This document shows positions 51,227 through 62,973 of a DNA stretch of 64,000 bases, one piece after another. The stretch lies in assembly GCA_010093815.1 (NCBI GenBank), contig ML996577.1; one strand, 5' to 3'. Source of the stretch: Pseudovirgaria hyperparasitica. Lineage: Eukaryota. Below the pieces are notes generated by a model, which did not search any database, was not told where the DNA came from, and saw only the letters and a list, made by a program, of their open reading frames with translations. Position numbers and translations under genes: made by a program. The stretch's first letter is position 1; each line of letters begins with the position of its first letter.

Positions 51227-53180
51227 TCATAGCCTCGCCTTTACCTTCCGCTCCATCTCTGGTATATCTCGCTTTGCCCATTCGCGCATGATCTGCCGCT
51301 TGATCTTACCACTGGCGAGCTTCGGTATCTCGTCCACAAACATGATACCCCCAGCCAGTCGCTTGTGCTTCGCTACTCGTTTAATGAACCACTTGTGGAT
51401 ATCCTCCTCTGAAACTTTGCCAGTCGCCTCTGGCGCCAAAGTCACGTACGCCCGTGGCCATTCTTGGCCATGTCTACCCGATCGTCAGCATCAGTCGCCA
51501 AAGAAACCCGTGGTGCATAACAAACAATTGTATCCCTGTCACTGCCGAATCGATGATGGCTTCATGCTCAAGTAATACTGCTTCCAGCTCCGCAGGCGCA
51601 ACCTGGAGCGCATTCACTTTGATCATTTCCTACAAATTCCTTTCGTTAGCTGGTGCGTGCTAAATTCTGGGACTGGGGCTCCCGGAGAGATAAATCGCAC
51701 CTTTTTGCGATCCACAATCCAGAATTTTCCGTTTCGCATGATTGCAATATCGCCCGTTTTCAGCCAGCCGCCTTCGAGAAGGGTCTCCCTGGTGGCCTCC
51801 TCGTTCTTCCAGTACCGCATGCACACCTGCGGCCCGCGCACGTAGAGTTCGCCTCTGTGGCCATGCGGGACTTCGTTACCATTATCGTCACGCATCGAAA
51901 TCTCGGTGTTTGGAATAATATGGCCAATTGACCCGGTACTGTCGACTGTTAAAAAGATGACCGAATAACAAGCTCTAACCCACTTACAAATCCACAGTCC
52001 CACCAGGAACTAGGATAGCTCCACAAGTTACCTCAGTCATGCCCCAGCCAGAATTAATCTGCACGTTGAACCTCTCGCTCACCTCACGAGCCAACTCCGT
52101 AGGCAGTGGCGCAGCTCCCGTCAAGATATCCGTCACGCTCGAGATGTCATAGTTTGCCGTTTCCGGTCGCTTTTGCAACATGACAAGAATCGGCGGAGCA
52201 ACCTGGAGGTTCGTGATTCGGTAGTTCTGGATGTGTTGGAGGTATCTCTCAAAGTTGAAGACCTTCATAATGTAACAGGGTATCTGCAGTCGCTGGACGC
52301 CCATATTGGTAAACAGCTGGCCGTACGCATGATATAGCGGTAGAAAAGCAAGCTTTTGCACAGATCAGTCTTCTGGACCGGACGTTCGAACTGGCTGCAA
52401 CCTACCCATCTCTCCGGCGGGAAATCGTCCCATGTATACCCGCGGCCAACAAAACGGGTGTAAAAGTTCTGTTCCAAGTTTGCGATCAGGTTTGCATGAC
52501 TTACACACACCCCCTTGGGCAAACCTGTGGTGCCTGAGGAATAGTTGACGGTCGCAACGGTATTCACAGCCTCCGTCGGAGTCAATGGCTTTATCTGTGC
52601 ACGATCGGCTTCCGCTGGTGTTCCTATGAAGGTTTGCCAGTCGTAGATGCCGCGGATAGGTGGGACGTATTCGTCGGAGAAGAGGAATAGCTGGGGGACA
52701 GACTTGCCCGTCCGCTGAGCGGCCGCCGTGGCGGCTGGGAGCGCAGTGTCTATCAGATCGGGGTGTACGAGAATCACTCTCGCGTCGGTGTCAGCTATTT
52801 GATGTGTCATTTCTGTGCTCCAGTTAGTGCGAACAGTTTCAGAGCTGTGTATATCGTATCTCCTGACCTGCTACTGTATACGAAGGATTGCCACCGCTGA
52901 AGATCCGCTTTGAGCCTACGATGCCAAGGTAGGCGCATGGTACGAATATATGGTTTGGCGTGAATATCAAGACCACTTCGCCTTCTCGTACACCCAGCTT
53001 GTCAAGGCCTATCCCCAACCTCTTGATCCATGCTAGCATCTGTCGCGAGGAAAGCGATCTGCTTGGATCCTCTGCACTGATCCATAGGGGCGTGTCTGTT
53101 ATCTTGTGCTCCGGGAATAGATACGTCAGGAGATTGCATTGAGGCAGGTCTAGGTCAGGGTAAGGCGAACGGTACACCAT
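51227..53180 (-). CDS. 4-coumarate-CoA-ligase-like acyl-CoA synthetase with PTS1 -ARL, 6 exons
   Basis: NYSSGTTGLPKGV, LPLYHAYG, GAAPL, GWGMTE, GELYVRGPQV, GWLKTGD, IVDRKK|EMIKV, QVAPAELE, IPKLASGKI; ends VKARL*. Confidence 0.94.
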
Positions 53181-53743
53181 GGTGACGGACAGTGGTCAGA
53201 CTGTAGGTCGGGAGGTCAAGGTAGATGAAGCCTCCGAGACGAGCAAGAATTGGAGGAGTAGGAGCAAGATAGACACATTGAGGGAAGGATAGGGCTTAAT
53301 AAAGCCTCAATCATGGAAGCTGACATGACGCTCGACGCCGAGACTAACCAACAGTAGAATGATGATCTTGGATCGTGGAGAGGCAGAGGTGGAGAGAGTG
53401 GAGAGTGAAGAGAGAGCAGGATGAAGTTATTCCCGAGACGGGATTACGGCTAACGCTGGGAGGGATAACGCCGAACGCTAACATGACAGTTTGGCAGCTT
53501 GAACGGCACGGCTAAGGTCCTCGGAAGCACCCCACAGTTGTCTACGGCGCTACTATTGCCGAAAACCCCACAGAAGGAAGACGGAAGTCGGCTTGGGTCC
53601 CCTGCCGACCCCCCTTAGTCTCTCTCCCTCATACCGGGCATTCGTAAGTGGTGGTCATGTATGGATTGTAGTCACTGTCTGTCATCCGTAGCTCTACTTG
53701 ATCACAAACGTCTCTCTATATTGACGCTCGGCGCCAGACCATA

Positions 53744-54756
53744 ATGTCAGACCTCAGCGACATGAGCAAGTTGTTCCGTCTCGACGGAAAGGTAGCATTA
53801 GTAACCGGTGGCATGACTGATCCAACATCCTACTTTATAGACATCTGGCTAACCACTCTGTTTCAGGCTCTCGAGGTCTGGGACTCCACGCTGCAACAGC
53901 CTTCCTCAAAGCGGGAGCCAGCAAGGTCATCCTGGCAGCCAGGAAAGCAGAGGGACCCCAGGGCTTGGACCAGGCCGTGAAGCGGCTCAATGAACTGCCT
54001 GGAGTTCAGGGTTCGGCTGTTGGCATATCAGCCAACGTCGCTACTCTGGATGGCATTGAGAGTCTCCTTAAGCAGATCGGAGAGATTGTCGACAGATTGG
54101 ATATTCTCGTGGCAAACGCAGGTACTACCTGGGGTGGACCCTTTGAGCCGACGCCAGATTGGTCGTCACAGAAGATCCTCGATCTGAACGTCCGTGGAGT
54201 CTTCAATCTCGTCCGTCTGTGAGCTGAGATACCGACCTCCCGCCTCACCATTACCATCCACTTACCCGCAACAGCGCCGTACCATTACTCGAGAAATCCG
54301 GGTCGAGATCCGACCCCTCGAGGATCGTCATCGTAAGCTCCGTAGCCGGCACCAACGTCACGCATACCGGCGACCACGGGACGATCATGTACTCAGCCTC
54401 CAAGGCCGCAGCACATCATCTAGCGAGAAACTTCGCGGTGGAGCTGGGGCCGCGGAACATCACTAGCAATGCTGTTGCGCCAGGCTTTTTTCCCACCAGG
54501 CTTGCAAACGGTCTGATCCAGGAACTTGGGGGTCAGGAGGCACTTGAACGGGAGAACCCACGACTGCGACTGGGTGTCCCGGATGATATTGGGGGAGTGA
54601 TGGTCTTTCTCTGCTCGCGAGCTGGGAGCTATGTGTAAGTGTGCAGGGGATAAGATGCACTGTGACGATTGTACTGATTAGGATTTTAGGAATGGCGAGG
54701 ATATTGCGGTAGATGGTGGTGCTCGATGGAAGCAGGGGACGAATCACAAGTTATGA
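53744..54756 (+). CDS. Classical short-chain dehydrogenase/reductase ending -HKL (PTS1-like); introns 53811-53866 (probable GC-AG), 54219-54274, 54635-54689
   Basis: LDGKVALVTG|GSRGLG, LDILVANAG, catalytic YSASK, NAVAPGFFP, V|NGEDIAVDGG; ends GTNHKL*. Confidence 0.92.
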
Positions 54757-55176
54757 TCCAGCTCTCGAGACTGTGAAAACGATACTTGCATCTTCTCCCA
54801 CGTCACAGTCACATGTCACATAGTGATTGAACACTACGGCAGTGATCAGGATGTGAATTGATATCAAGACAGGAAGCCACTTTCCAGACCGCAACTTGCG
54901 CCAACGCTACCTTCTTCCATCTTGGCTACGCTGCAATTGCATCTTCGACAATCACCGCCCCTGCACTTCCAGGCTTAATGCCATTTCCCCTCTTCCACTC
55001 TGCCGTCACTATATACCCAAAGCCCAAACGTATCACCCAACGTCCCATCTGACCATAGTCCCAGCATCCACAAACACACATAACACCATATTTCTACACC
55101 GCCTCTCGCTAAACCCCATCAGTCGTTTCACATATTTACCCCCTTCCCACTCATTATCCATCCCCAGCCTCCAAGC

Positions 55177-56605
55177 ATGATCTCCCACGCGTCTCCTCCG
55201 AGACAATGTAAGACCCCCAAAGGTCATTCTACAGTCCCCGAGCTAACAATCCACAGTCAACCCCAACGAAGACGGCCTAACCTTCAAGGCCTCGGGCCCT
55301 AGTGCCATCGTCGGCCTCATCCTTGCCTCCTTGCTACTCGCCTTCAGCACGATCCGCGTCGTACGTCTCAAGAGCGTGTTTCCCGCAGAGCTCTGGGCCG
55401 CGGGGCTAAGTATGTATTCATCACTGCCACCCGTGCGACTGAGTATACAGACTATCTGGTGTCTGACAGGCGCACAGGTCACTGCTCAGGCTGGGCACTG
55501 CGCATCATGTATCTATACACAGGCACATACCACCCCATGCACGCCGCAGGCTCCTATCTAATGATGCTGTACGTCCCAAACCGAGGAACTCCAAACCAGC
55601 AAGAGCCACAAATCCCTAATTACCCCCGCAAACAGTCTCTCCACAACCCTCACCACCGCCGCACTCCTCCCCTGGCTCACAACAATCACATCCGACACCA
55701 GACAACTCCCCGCCCGCACCTCCCCCATCTTCACGCCCGCGCAATGCAAGACCGCCCTCAGCCACACCGCCACCCTCGCCCTCGCCTTCCAAGCCATCGG
55801 CGCCATCCTCTGGGGCACCGCCTTCCAAGGCCCCAAATCCGCTGACCACGCGGCTGACGTGCTGGCAAGCGGGTACACGATGCTAGCAGCCGGTCTCCTC
55901 GCCTCGCTGCTCGTGCTGACTGCCATCACGCTCGCTCTGGCGCGCTACACCTGGTCCACGCGTCTCTGCGCGCCGTCAGAGCAACACGGCGTTATCCCGC
56001 GCGAGCGTATGAGAGCGGCGCTGCGCTTCTGCGCTGCTGCGACGGTGCTGCTTGGTGTGCAGACGCTGTGTCGACTGGGACGGCATGGGGTCGTGTTTAC
56101 GCAGTCGAACGGGGCGTTTCTGCAGTTCTATCTCCGGCATTATGGCGCGAGGACGGAGTATTATCTCTGGGTTGGTGAGGCGGGGCCGTTGATGTGTGAG
56201 TTGTGCTGCTTTGCTTTTCTTTTCGTGTTTTTTGGACTGCGTGCTGATGGTGTGTTTTTGTTTGTGTGTCTAGTTGTATTCGTACTGTTTTGCTGTCCTG
56301 CTACGTGTCCGCTGCCTTTATGCGCGACTGTGCTGGGAGGGCGGTCGATTGATGATGGGACTGCTGTTGGGCTGCCTGTGTGGCGGCAGTATAGTATGCA
56401 AAGGCGTTTTCTCGCTGCTGCTGCTGCTGCGCATGAGTCGAGGGCGGGACATGTCTCGAGGCAGCAGTATCCTGCCGTTCCTGTCGAGGCAGCAGCAGCA
56501 GCAGCAGTCGCAGCGCCGCCGCGCGTGTCTGTGGATACGCATAAGATTGCTGTTGATGGAGAGATGTATAGGTGTGTGCATTGTGCTGCCAAGTCGCCGC
56601 TCTGA
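55177..56605 (+). CDS. Divergent RTA1-like multi-pass membrane protein, about 5 exons; exon edges approximate
   Basis: About 7 hydrophobic segments after splicing; GWALR, FQAIGA, QTLCRLG and TEYYLWVGEAGPLM align loosely with RTA1-family motifs. Confidence 0.6.
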
Positions 56606-57114
56606 GGAGAAGGGATGGGTTCTTGGAATGTGGATGGTGTATGCCTGTCTGCGGACAGTCTCCGGTCTTGTTGTATTTAGCTAGCTAGCTAACTGTGCAA
56701 AGATAGAAGTGAGGGATCCGAGTGTCGTGTTGCTACACTGATTCATTCAATCCATTCAATCCATGCATCCATGCATCCATCCATGCATCCATCTAGCTAG
56801 AAGTAGAACTAGAACGAGAACTACCTAGTGCTACTGTAGGTAGTTTTGATAATCCATATGGATGGGATAGTACGTAGCGCGGTAACCGGACCACATGGCC
56901 CCCCCACTGTGGCGGCCACATGTGAGCAGCAGAAATTCTCGTTTTTTTTTTGGACATGTGGTTATTCTTAGCAGACGCGCTGATGGATGATGCGCTGTGG
57001 ATGCGCTGTGGGTAATTATGTGCGTGCACAAAGAAAGAAAGAAAGAAAGACAGACAGAAAAATGGTCTTCTCGGCACATCCACAGAGACAGACAGAGAAG
57101 ATTGTATCTTTCTG

Positions 57115-57147
<33 letters not shown>

Positions 57148-57249
57148 ATGCGTTCAGGACTCCAGGACTCGAGTACTCGAGTGTGGTGGTGGAGATGGTA
57201 CAAGAGTATGAAAGCGCTCAAATGCTATATTCCGAAAAATAATAATGCC

Positions 57250-57389
57250 ATGAATGCCCTGTATGCTACATCCGCCAAGATGACATGAATGCCCTGTATG
57301 CTACATCCGCCAAGATGACATGAATGCCCTGTATGCTACATCCGCCAAGATGACATGAATGCCCTGTATGCTACATCCGCCAAGATGCC
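57250..57389. repeat. 35-bp minisatellite x4 (ATGAATGCCCTGTATGCTACATCCGCCAAGATGAC)
   Basis: Copies start at 57250, 57285, 57320 and 57355; no spacers. Confidence 0.95.
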
Positions 57390-57557
57390 ATGAATGCCAT
57401 GAATGCCAGCCCATTAAAAGTCCCAAAGATATCCCCATAAGCCCTTTTCTTTTTAATTGTGAGATCCCCCCAATGTCTATCAGAGACGCCAGTTTCCCAT
57501 GCCCTCTTTCCTCCCATACTAATGCCAGATAAATGACCCCCCCAAAAAACGCCCCCT

Positions 57558-58788
57558 CTAAGCCCACTTTCCAAGCAAGGCCATCAGCGCGGCGCCAAGG
57601 TACATCAACAACATGGCACTCAGGACCTTCTTGATTGGCGCCCGGGCCATGCTTGGGCTGAACATGAACTCGTGGGCCATCAGCTCGATTAGTCCAGTGT
57701 AGATGAGGATGCCGGCCGAGATACTGTCAAAGACACCGTTGACAATCAGAGTGGTGCGGCCCTCAGGTGGGTAGCTCTCGCGCACGCCGAGACCAATCGC
57801 AATTGCTATCGGAGTGCTGATACCATAGCCAGCAGCCAGCAAATAGGGGGTCCAGCGCTTGCTCTTCGGCCACGGCACGGTCGCCAGACGAGAGCCCAGA
57901 CCCAAGCCCTCAAAGGTCTGGTGGAACACAAGCACAATGTAGAGAGTGGTGAATTCGGAGCCCGCGACGGCAAGGGTGAGACCGATGAAGACGGAGTGGA
58001 AGATGACGCCAAACTCGAGGATGAAGATGGCGGTGAGCTGGGCGGAGTAGGACTCCGGGATGAGGCCCTTTGCCTCCCAGGACGAGTCGATTTCGCTGTT
58101 TGCGACGTGGCTGTGCTCGTGGCCGAGGTGGTCGGTGCCGGGGACGGAGGAGGAATCAGCGGCGCCGTTGTTGTCGTTGTCGTCTTCCTTTTGCGGGTGG
58201 GTGATTGGGGTTGCGCCGTGGGCGTGTGCGTCGCCGGTGCCGAATTTCGCGTAGCGCATGACCATGAGTTCGATGAAGAACATGACCATGATGGTCATGA
58301 GCGCAATACCTTCGACCCAGGGGTAGGCCGCGATGGTTTCGCCTTCGAGACAGGGGTTCAGGAGGGCCTCGTTAGCAGGAGCGAGAAGCTATGATATTGT
58401 CAGTGATCGACTCCGAGCCGATGGGACACGGACAAACTAACATGGATGAACGCTGTGGCTATAATGACACCGGAGCCAAAGTACTTTGCGATGAAAAAGG
58501 CCGATTCCGGGACGCCCACGGACTGGTGTCTCCGGGCGAAGACAGGGAACCATGCGCCTAGGAAGAGTTAGAGCTGTGAGAGAAAGTAGTGACGTTTATT
58601 TTAACAATCTTACCAAAGAGAGATCCAACCAGGATCACAAAGATTGCAGAGATGCGGACGCCGAGACGACCGTCATATTCATTTCCAGGCTCGCATCCAC
58701 CGGCCTCCTCGACGGGTTCGGTGATGGAAGTGGGATCAGCAGCGTCCTGGCGGACGAGCAGAGCGGCAAAGTCGACGAGGCTCGACAT
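57558..58788 (-). CDS. ZIP-family zinc transporter (Zrt1/Zrt2/ZrfB-like), 3 exons (introns about 58558-58609 and 58389-58441)
   Basis: NEYDGRLGVRISAIFVIL, AKYFGSGVIIATAFIH, His-rich loop, ILEFGVIFHSVFIGL, FHQTFEGLGLGSRL, terminal MALLGKWA. Confidence 0.96.
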
Positions 58789-59133
58789 GGTGTACGTGTG
58801 TGTATGTGCTAGAAGGGGCTCGAATGAGCAGAATCTGCACGATGGATTGAAGTGGAGGGCAAAGCTAGGACAAGAAAGGCTTATGCTTGGGAAGAAGCAG
58901 AACAGCAGTCTTGGAAAGCTTAAGTAGAAAATAAAAGAGCGGCGGAGAGGGCGGAGAGCACCTCGCTGGACTCAGAAGCTGGAAGGGCGGCCCATGGAAA
59001 AATCCAAACAGCCAAATGCCTAGTTAGGGTGAGTACCATGATGGACAGCTCGGCCGTGCAGGGCAGTGCGCGAATAGGCGGAAAGCTATATTGCTAGCCT
59101 TCCTTGGGCACACTAAATGAGATCCGGATGGAT

Positions 59134-59710
59134 CCCTCAGGGTGTTGAGAAGATGCAGCTTCTGCAGGGCATCATGCTTCGGTTGCGCATTTCTTGGTGT
59201 TTTGAAGACTCGGGATAGTGTACAGCAGTTTACGCTGTCGCAGGCATATCACAACCACGAAGTCATGAAGTTGAAAGTTGCGCGCCTAGTACCGGGAGGA
59301 TTGTATTGAACGAACGGCGAGGCGTCGAGGCAAAGAATAGAAAAGTCGATCGGAGGTAGCGATTGGAAGAAGACGAGGATTGGAGTGGTGGTGAAAGTGA
59401 GGGCGAATGAGGAGACAGGTATAGCATGCGATTACGGGAGTGGGGGTTGAGTCGAGATGAGTCGAGTATGTAATGCGAGATCTGTGGCGGCGACGGGGTG
59501 GGGGGAGGCGCATGGCACCGATAGGCCTGAGGCTCGCAGGCTCCAAGGCAGCAATGTGAGCAGGCACACAGGCATCAAGGCCTACAGGCAGCAATACCTG
59601 GTTGATGCCTCAAGGCCGAGATGAGGCTGAGACGTGGATGCCTTGCCACCTTGAGTCCATGGATCGGTGCTGTAAGCTACTCACTCAGAGCTTGGCTAGT
59701 CTAGCAAGGT
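59134..59710. promoter_or_regulatory. Cluster of candidate zinc-response (Zap1/ZafA-type CAAGG(T)) sites upstream of the ZIP gene
   Basis: CCCTCAGGGT 59134; CAAGGC at about 59544, 59576 and 59611; ACCTTG 59648; CAAGGT 59705. Confidence 0.45.
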
Positions 59711-61251
59711 TTGCTGTCCAGACTACACTCAGTAATTATTAGCTGTCCACTAATTATCGCCGATCGGTGGGGCGACAGACATGCAAGCCATGGTCATGGG
59801 ATGGATGCTCGCTAATCCTGTTACTAACCTCTATTCTTCCTCTGTCTCTTCCTCCTCTTCCTCACTTGTTCATCAATTGCGGAGGAGTAAAGTGACTGCA
59901 GGTACGCATCTGGATTCTGCCATCGCGAATAAGCTTTGTGACAAGGAGGAGCAAGAAGAGGAGGTTCATTTCATGCCGTCGGAATGGCTGATGATGGTAG
60001 GTAGCATTGTCGAGTGCGCAAGAGGAGACAGTCAGTTGTTGTGGTGTGATCTGTCTGTTCTTGCTCGGCTGTGCCAGAAAGGGGAGGCTTGGTATAGGAG
60101 CGCGTGATGCAGGTATCGCTGCCAGCCTCTTGATGTTGCACGCTGGGACGATGCGCGATGCTCGATGGACGATGGAGGATGTTCGATGTTCGATGGGCGA
60201 TGGGCGATGATGGGTGAAGGAAGTGGGCGGTGGGTAATCCATGCACGATGCACACACACACCACACACTGCATGGATGCGGCTGCTTGACCCCGCATTCT
60301 GCCCTTTTTCTGCTCAACTAATACACCTGGTAATAGCTAGCTAGGCAGCTGGTAGCCGTCAACGAGCAACGCGGCCACTCTTGGTCCGGACGAATCTTGT
60401 CAATTGCACGGCATGACGCAAGCATTGATATATGCCGCAAGTCTGTGTAGTAAGAGGAGAATGGAGAATATCAATTAGGGCAAGACAATGGATTATCTAG
60501 GCTGGCTGACTCTACTGCTGATGGCGTTTCTACGCATTGTCGATATGTGTGACATGGCAGCACAAGAATGCGATTGCGAGCTTGCTGTCCACATGTCGGA
60601 GCCAACCAGAGACGGCCGATCCATCAGGGCGGCGGTCAGGGGCCAGGATGTGCCCAATCCACCTCCACATCCACATCCCTTTCATCTTCATGCCGCCACG
60701 GGCAGTTCTTCTCGCTGGGTATTGGCAATTGGCTGAGAGATGAGAGAAGGGAAGTCCAGGCTCCAGGCCAGTCATCGTCAACCGTGCACCAAGACTGCCC
60801 TTGTCCCGATGTATCATGTCCCCACTGCCCGCAGCTTGCAGCTTCAGCAGCATCATCGATGATGAGGTCATAATTGCCAAACCTGCCGGACTCTCTCGCT
60901 CTCACGAGATGCAAATTAGCCTTCTTTGGGACAAAAAGAACTGCCAAAAGCTTGCTTCTGCCGCCCTTGACTCCTGCTTGCTCCTCAAATGCCCCATCGA
61001 GCTATGTAATGCTGTAATACCCGTGTATCCTATGTAATATAATGCCTGTCCAAGCTCTTCCAGCCTTCCCAGCTCTTTCCTCTTACCCACTCCGCCTTCA
61101 ATAAAACCTTCCACTCTCCCTCTTCCACTCTCACCACCTGCTCTTCCTCTTCACCACACTACATCTTCCATTCTTTGTGGGCTGGAATTCACTCACACTC
61201 GCCTTCAACCAACCCATCCTTTCCATCTATCAATCAATCATCGTCGCCATC

Positions 61252-62296
61252 ATGATTGTCGATCCCGTCGAAGCTCTCAAGAAGACTTCGCTGCTGTTGG
61301 TGCCCACCACCACGCTGCCCATCCCGACTTCTCTACCCACCGTAGACCCCTTCAAGCCTGATATCCAGGTCGCTCATCACGATGGCCAAGTCACTCTCTG
61401 GGTCGTCTTTGTGATCATGCTCATCGCCTCTGCTGTCTTTGCTGGCATGTCATGGACTGTCCCTCTTGTAAGCAGTCCTGACACTCACTCGCTACTACTC
61501 CTCTCCAACTGTTACACAAACTGATCCTTTCCGCTAGAACAAGCGCCTCTACCACGTCATCACCACTCTCATCACCATCATTGCCGCCCTCTCCTACTTT
61601 GCCATGGCCAGCGGACACGGCGTTGCCATCCACCACATCAAGGTCCGCGTTGAACACGAGCACGCTCCCGATACCTTCAAGTACATTGACAGACAAGTTT
61701 TCTGGGCTCGCTATGTTGACTGGAGCTTGACCACTCCCCTCCTGCTCCTCGATCTTGCCTTCCTTGCCGGTCTCAGCGGCGGTCACATTCTCATGACCGT
61801 TGTCGCCGATCTGATCATGATTCTTACCGGTCTCTTCGCTGCTTTCGGTGCTGAGGATACTCCCCAGAAGTGGGGCTGGTACACCATTGCCTGCATTGCT
61901 TACCTCGTCATCATCTGGCACCTTGTTGTCAATGGCCGCGCTCTTGCCGCTGCTCGTGGTGGTGCCGTTGGCAAGTTCTACTCCTCCATTGCTGGCTTTA
62001 CCATTCTCATCTGGACCGCCTACCCAATGTAAGTGACTGAGACGCTTGGACCTGTTGTTTTAGCTGACATTTGTAGTGTTTGGGGAATTGCCGATGGTGC
62101 CCGCAACGTCTCCGTTGACGGCGAGATCATTGCCTATGCTGTCCTTGACGTGCTTGCCAAGCCCATCTTTGGCCTGTGGCTCTTGATCACCCACGCCAAG
62201 CTTGCCGAGACCAATGTTGACCTCTCCGGCACTTTCTGGTCCAACGGCCTGAGCTCTGAGGGCCGCCTTCGTCTCGATGACGAAGATGGTGCTTAA
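61252..62296 (+). CDS. Fungal rhodopsin, Leptosphaeria-rhodopsin-like proton pump; introns 61468-61537 and 62029-62076
   Basis: Helix C RYVDWSLTTPLLLLD (D85/T89/D96 equivalents); helix G AVLDVLAK with retinal Lys; MIVD start and DDEDGA end similar to Leptosphaeria rhodopsin as I recall it. Confidence 0.96.
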
Positions 62297-62973
62297 ACGA
62301 TTGCTGCAATGTGTAGCTCATTCGCTCTTTTATAAGCTGTAATCGTCATGAATGTGGCGAAGTGATCGAACTCGTGAATGACTTTGAGTCTCCACAGCTT
62401 GTATCAAACAAACGATGTAGCGTATGAGGGAAAAAAATAGTAATGGAAATGACGTGAAAAGCAAGCCAGGACGACGATTGATTACGAGCCATACATTTCT
62501 TGCATGCAACCATGACGTCGCAAGAGCTATTTTCGCTCTGGACTTATGGTTCACGGACCACTTTTTCAATCACCTTTTTACATAGCTGATGACTAAATAT
62601 CATTGTAATTCACGTGGAATCGTGTCTTGGATATGAATGCTGCTGCTAAAAGTGCCTGTGGTTGATGGTGCCGTCTCATCTATATGCATGGATGCTCCTT
62701 CCCTATATCTTCTAATGATGATGTAATCTCAGACTAACCACTACCTCGATGCGCTTAAAAAAACAAATGCATGCTCGTGGCCGAGTAATGTCTACCTTTT
62801 GACAAAATGAAATGCACCGAAAAGTGCGTCGCATGCCTGACTTGTAACAAAAACGAACGGGGGGGTATCAATCATGCCAACAACCATCATCATCGTCATC
62901 TTCTTCATCATCTTCACCTTCATCATACCATCCAAGTCCATAGACCACCACTCCAGTCCACGACTTGGATCAT

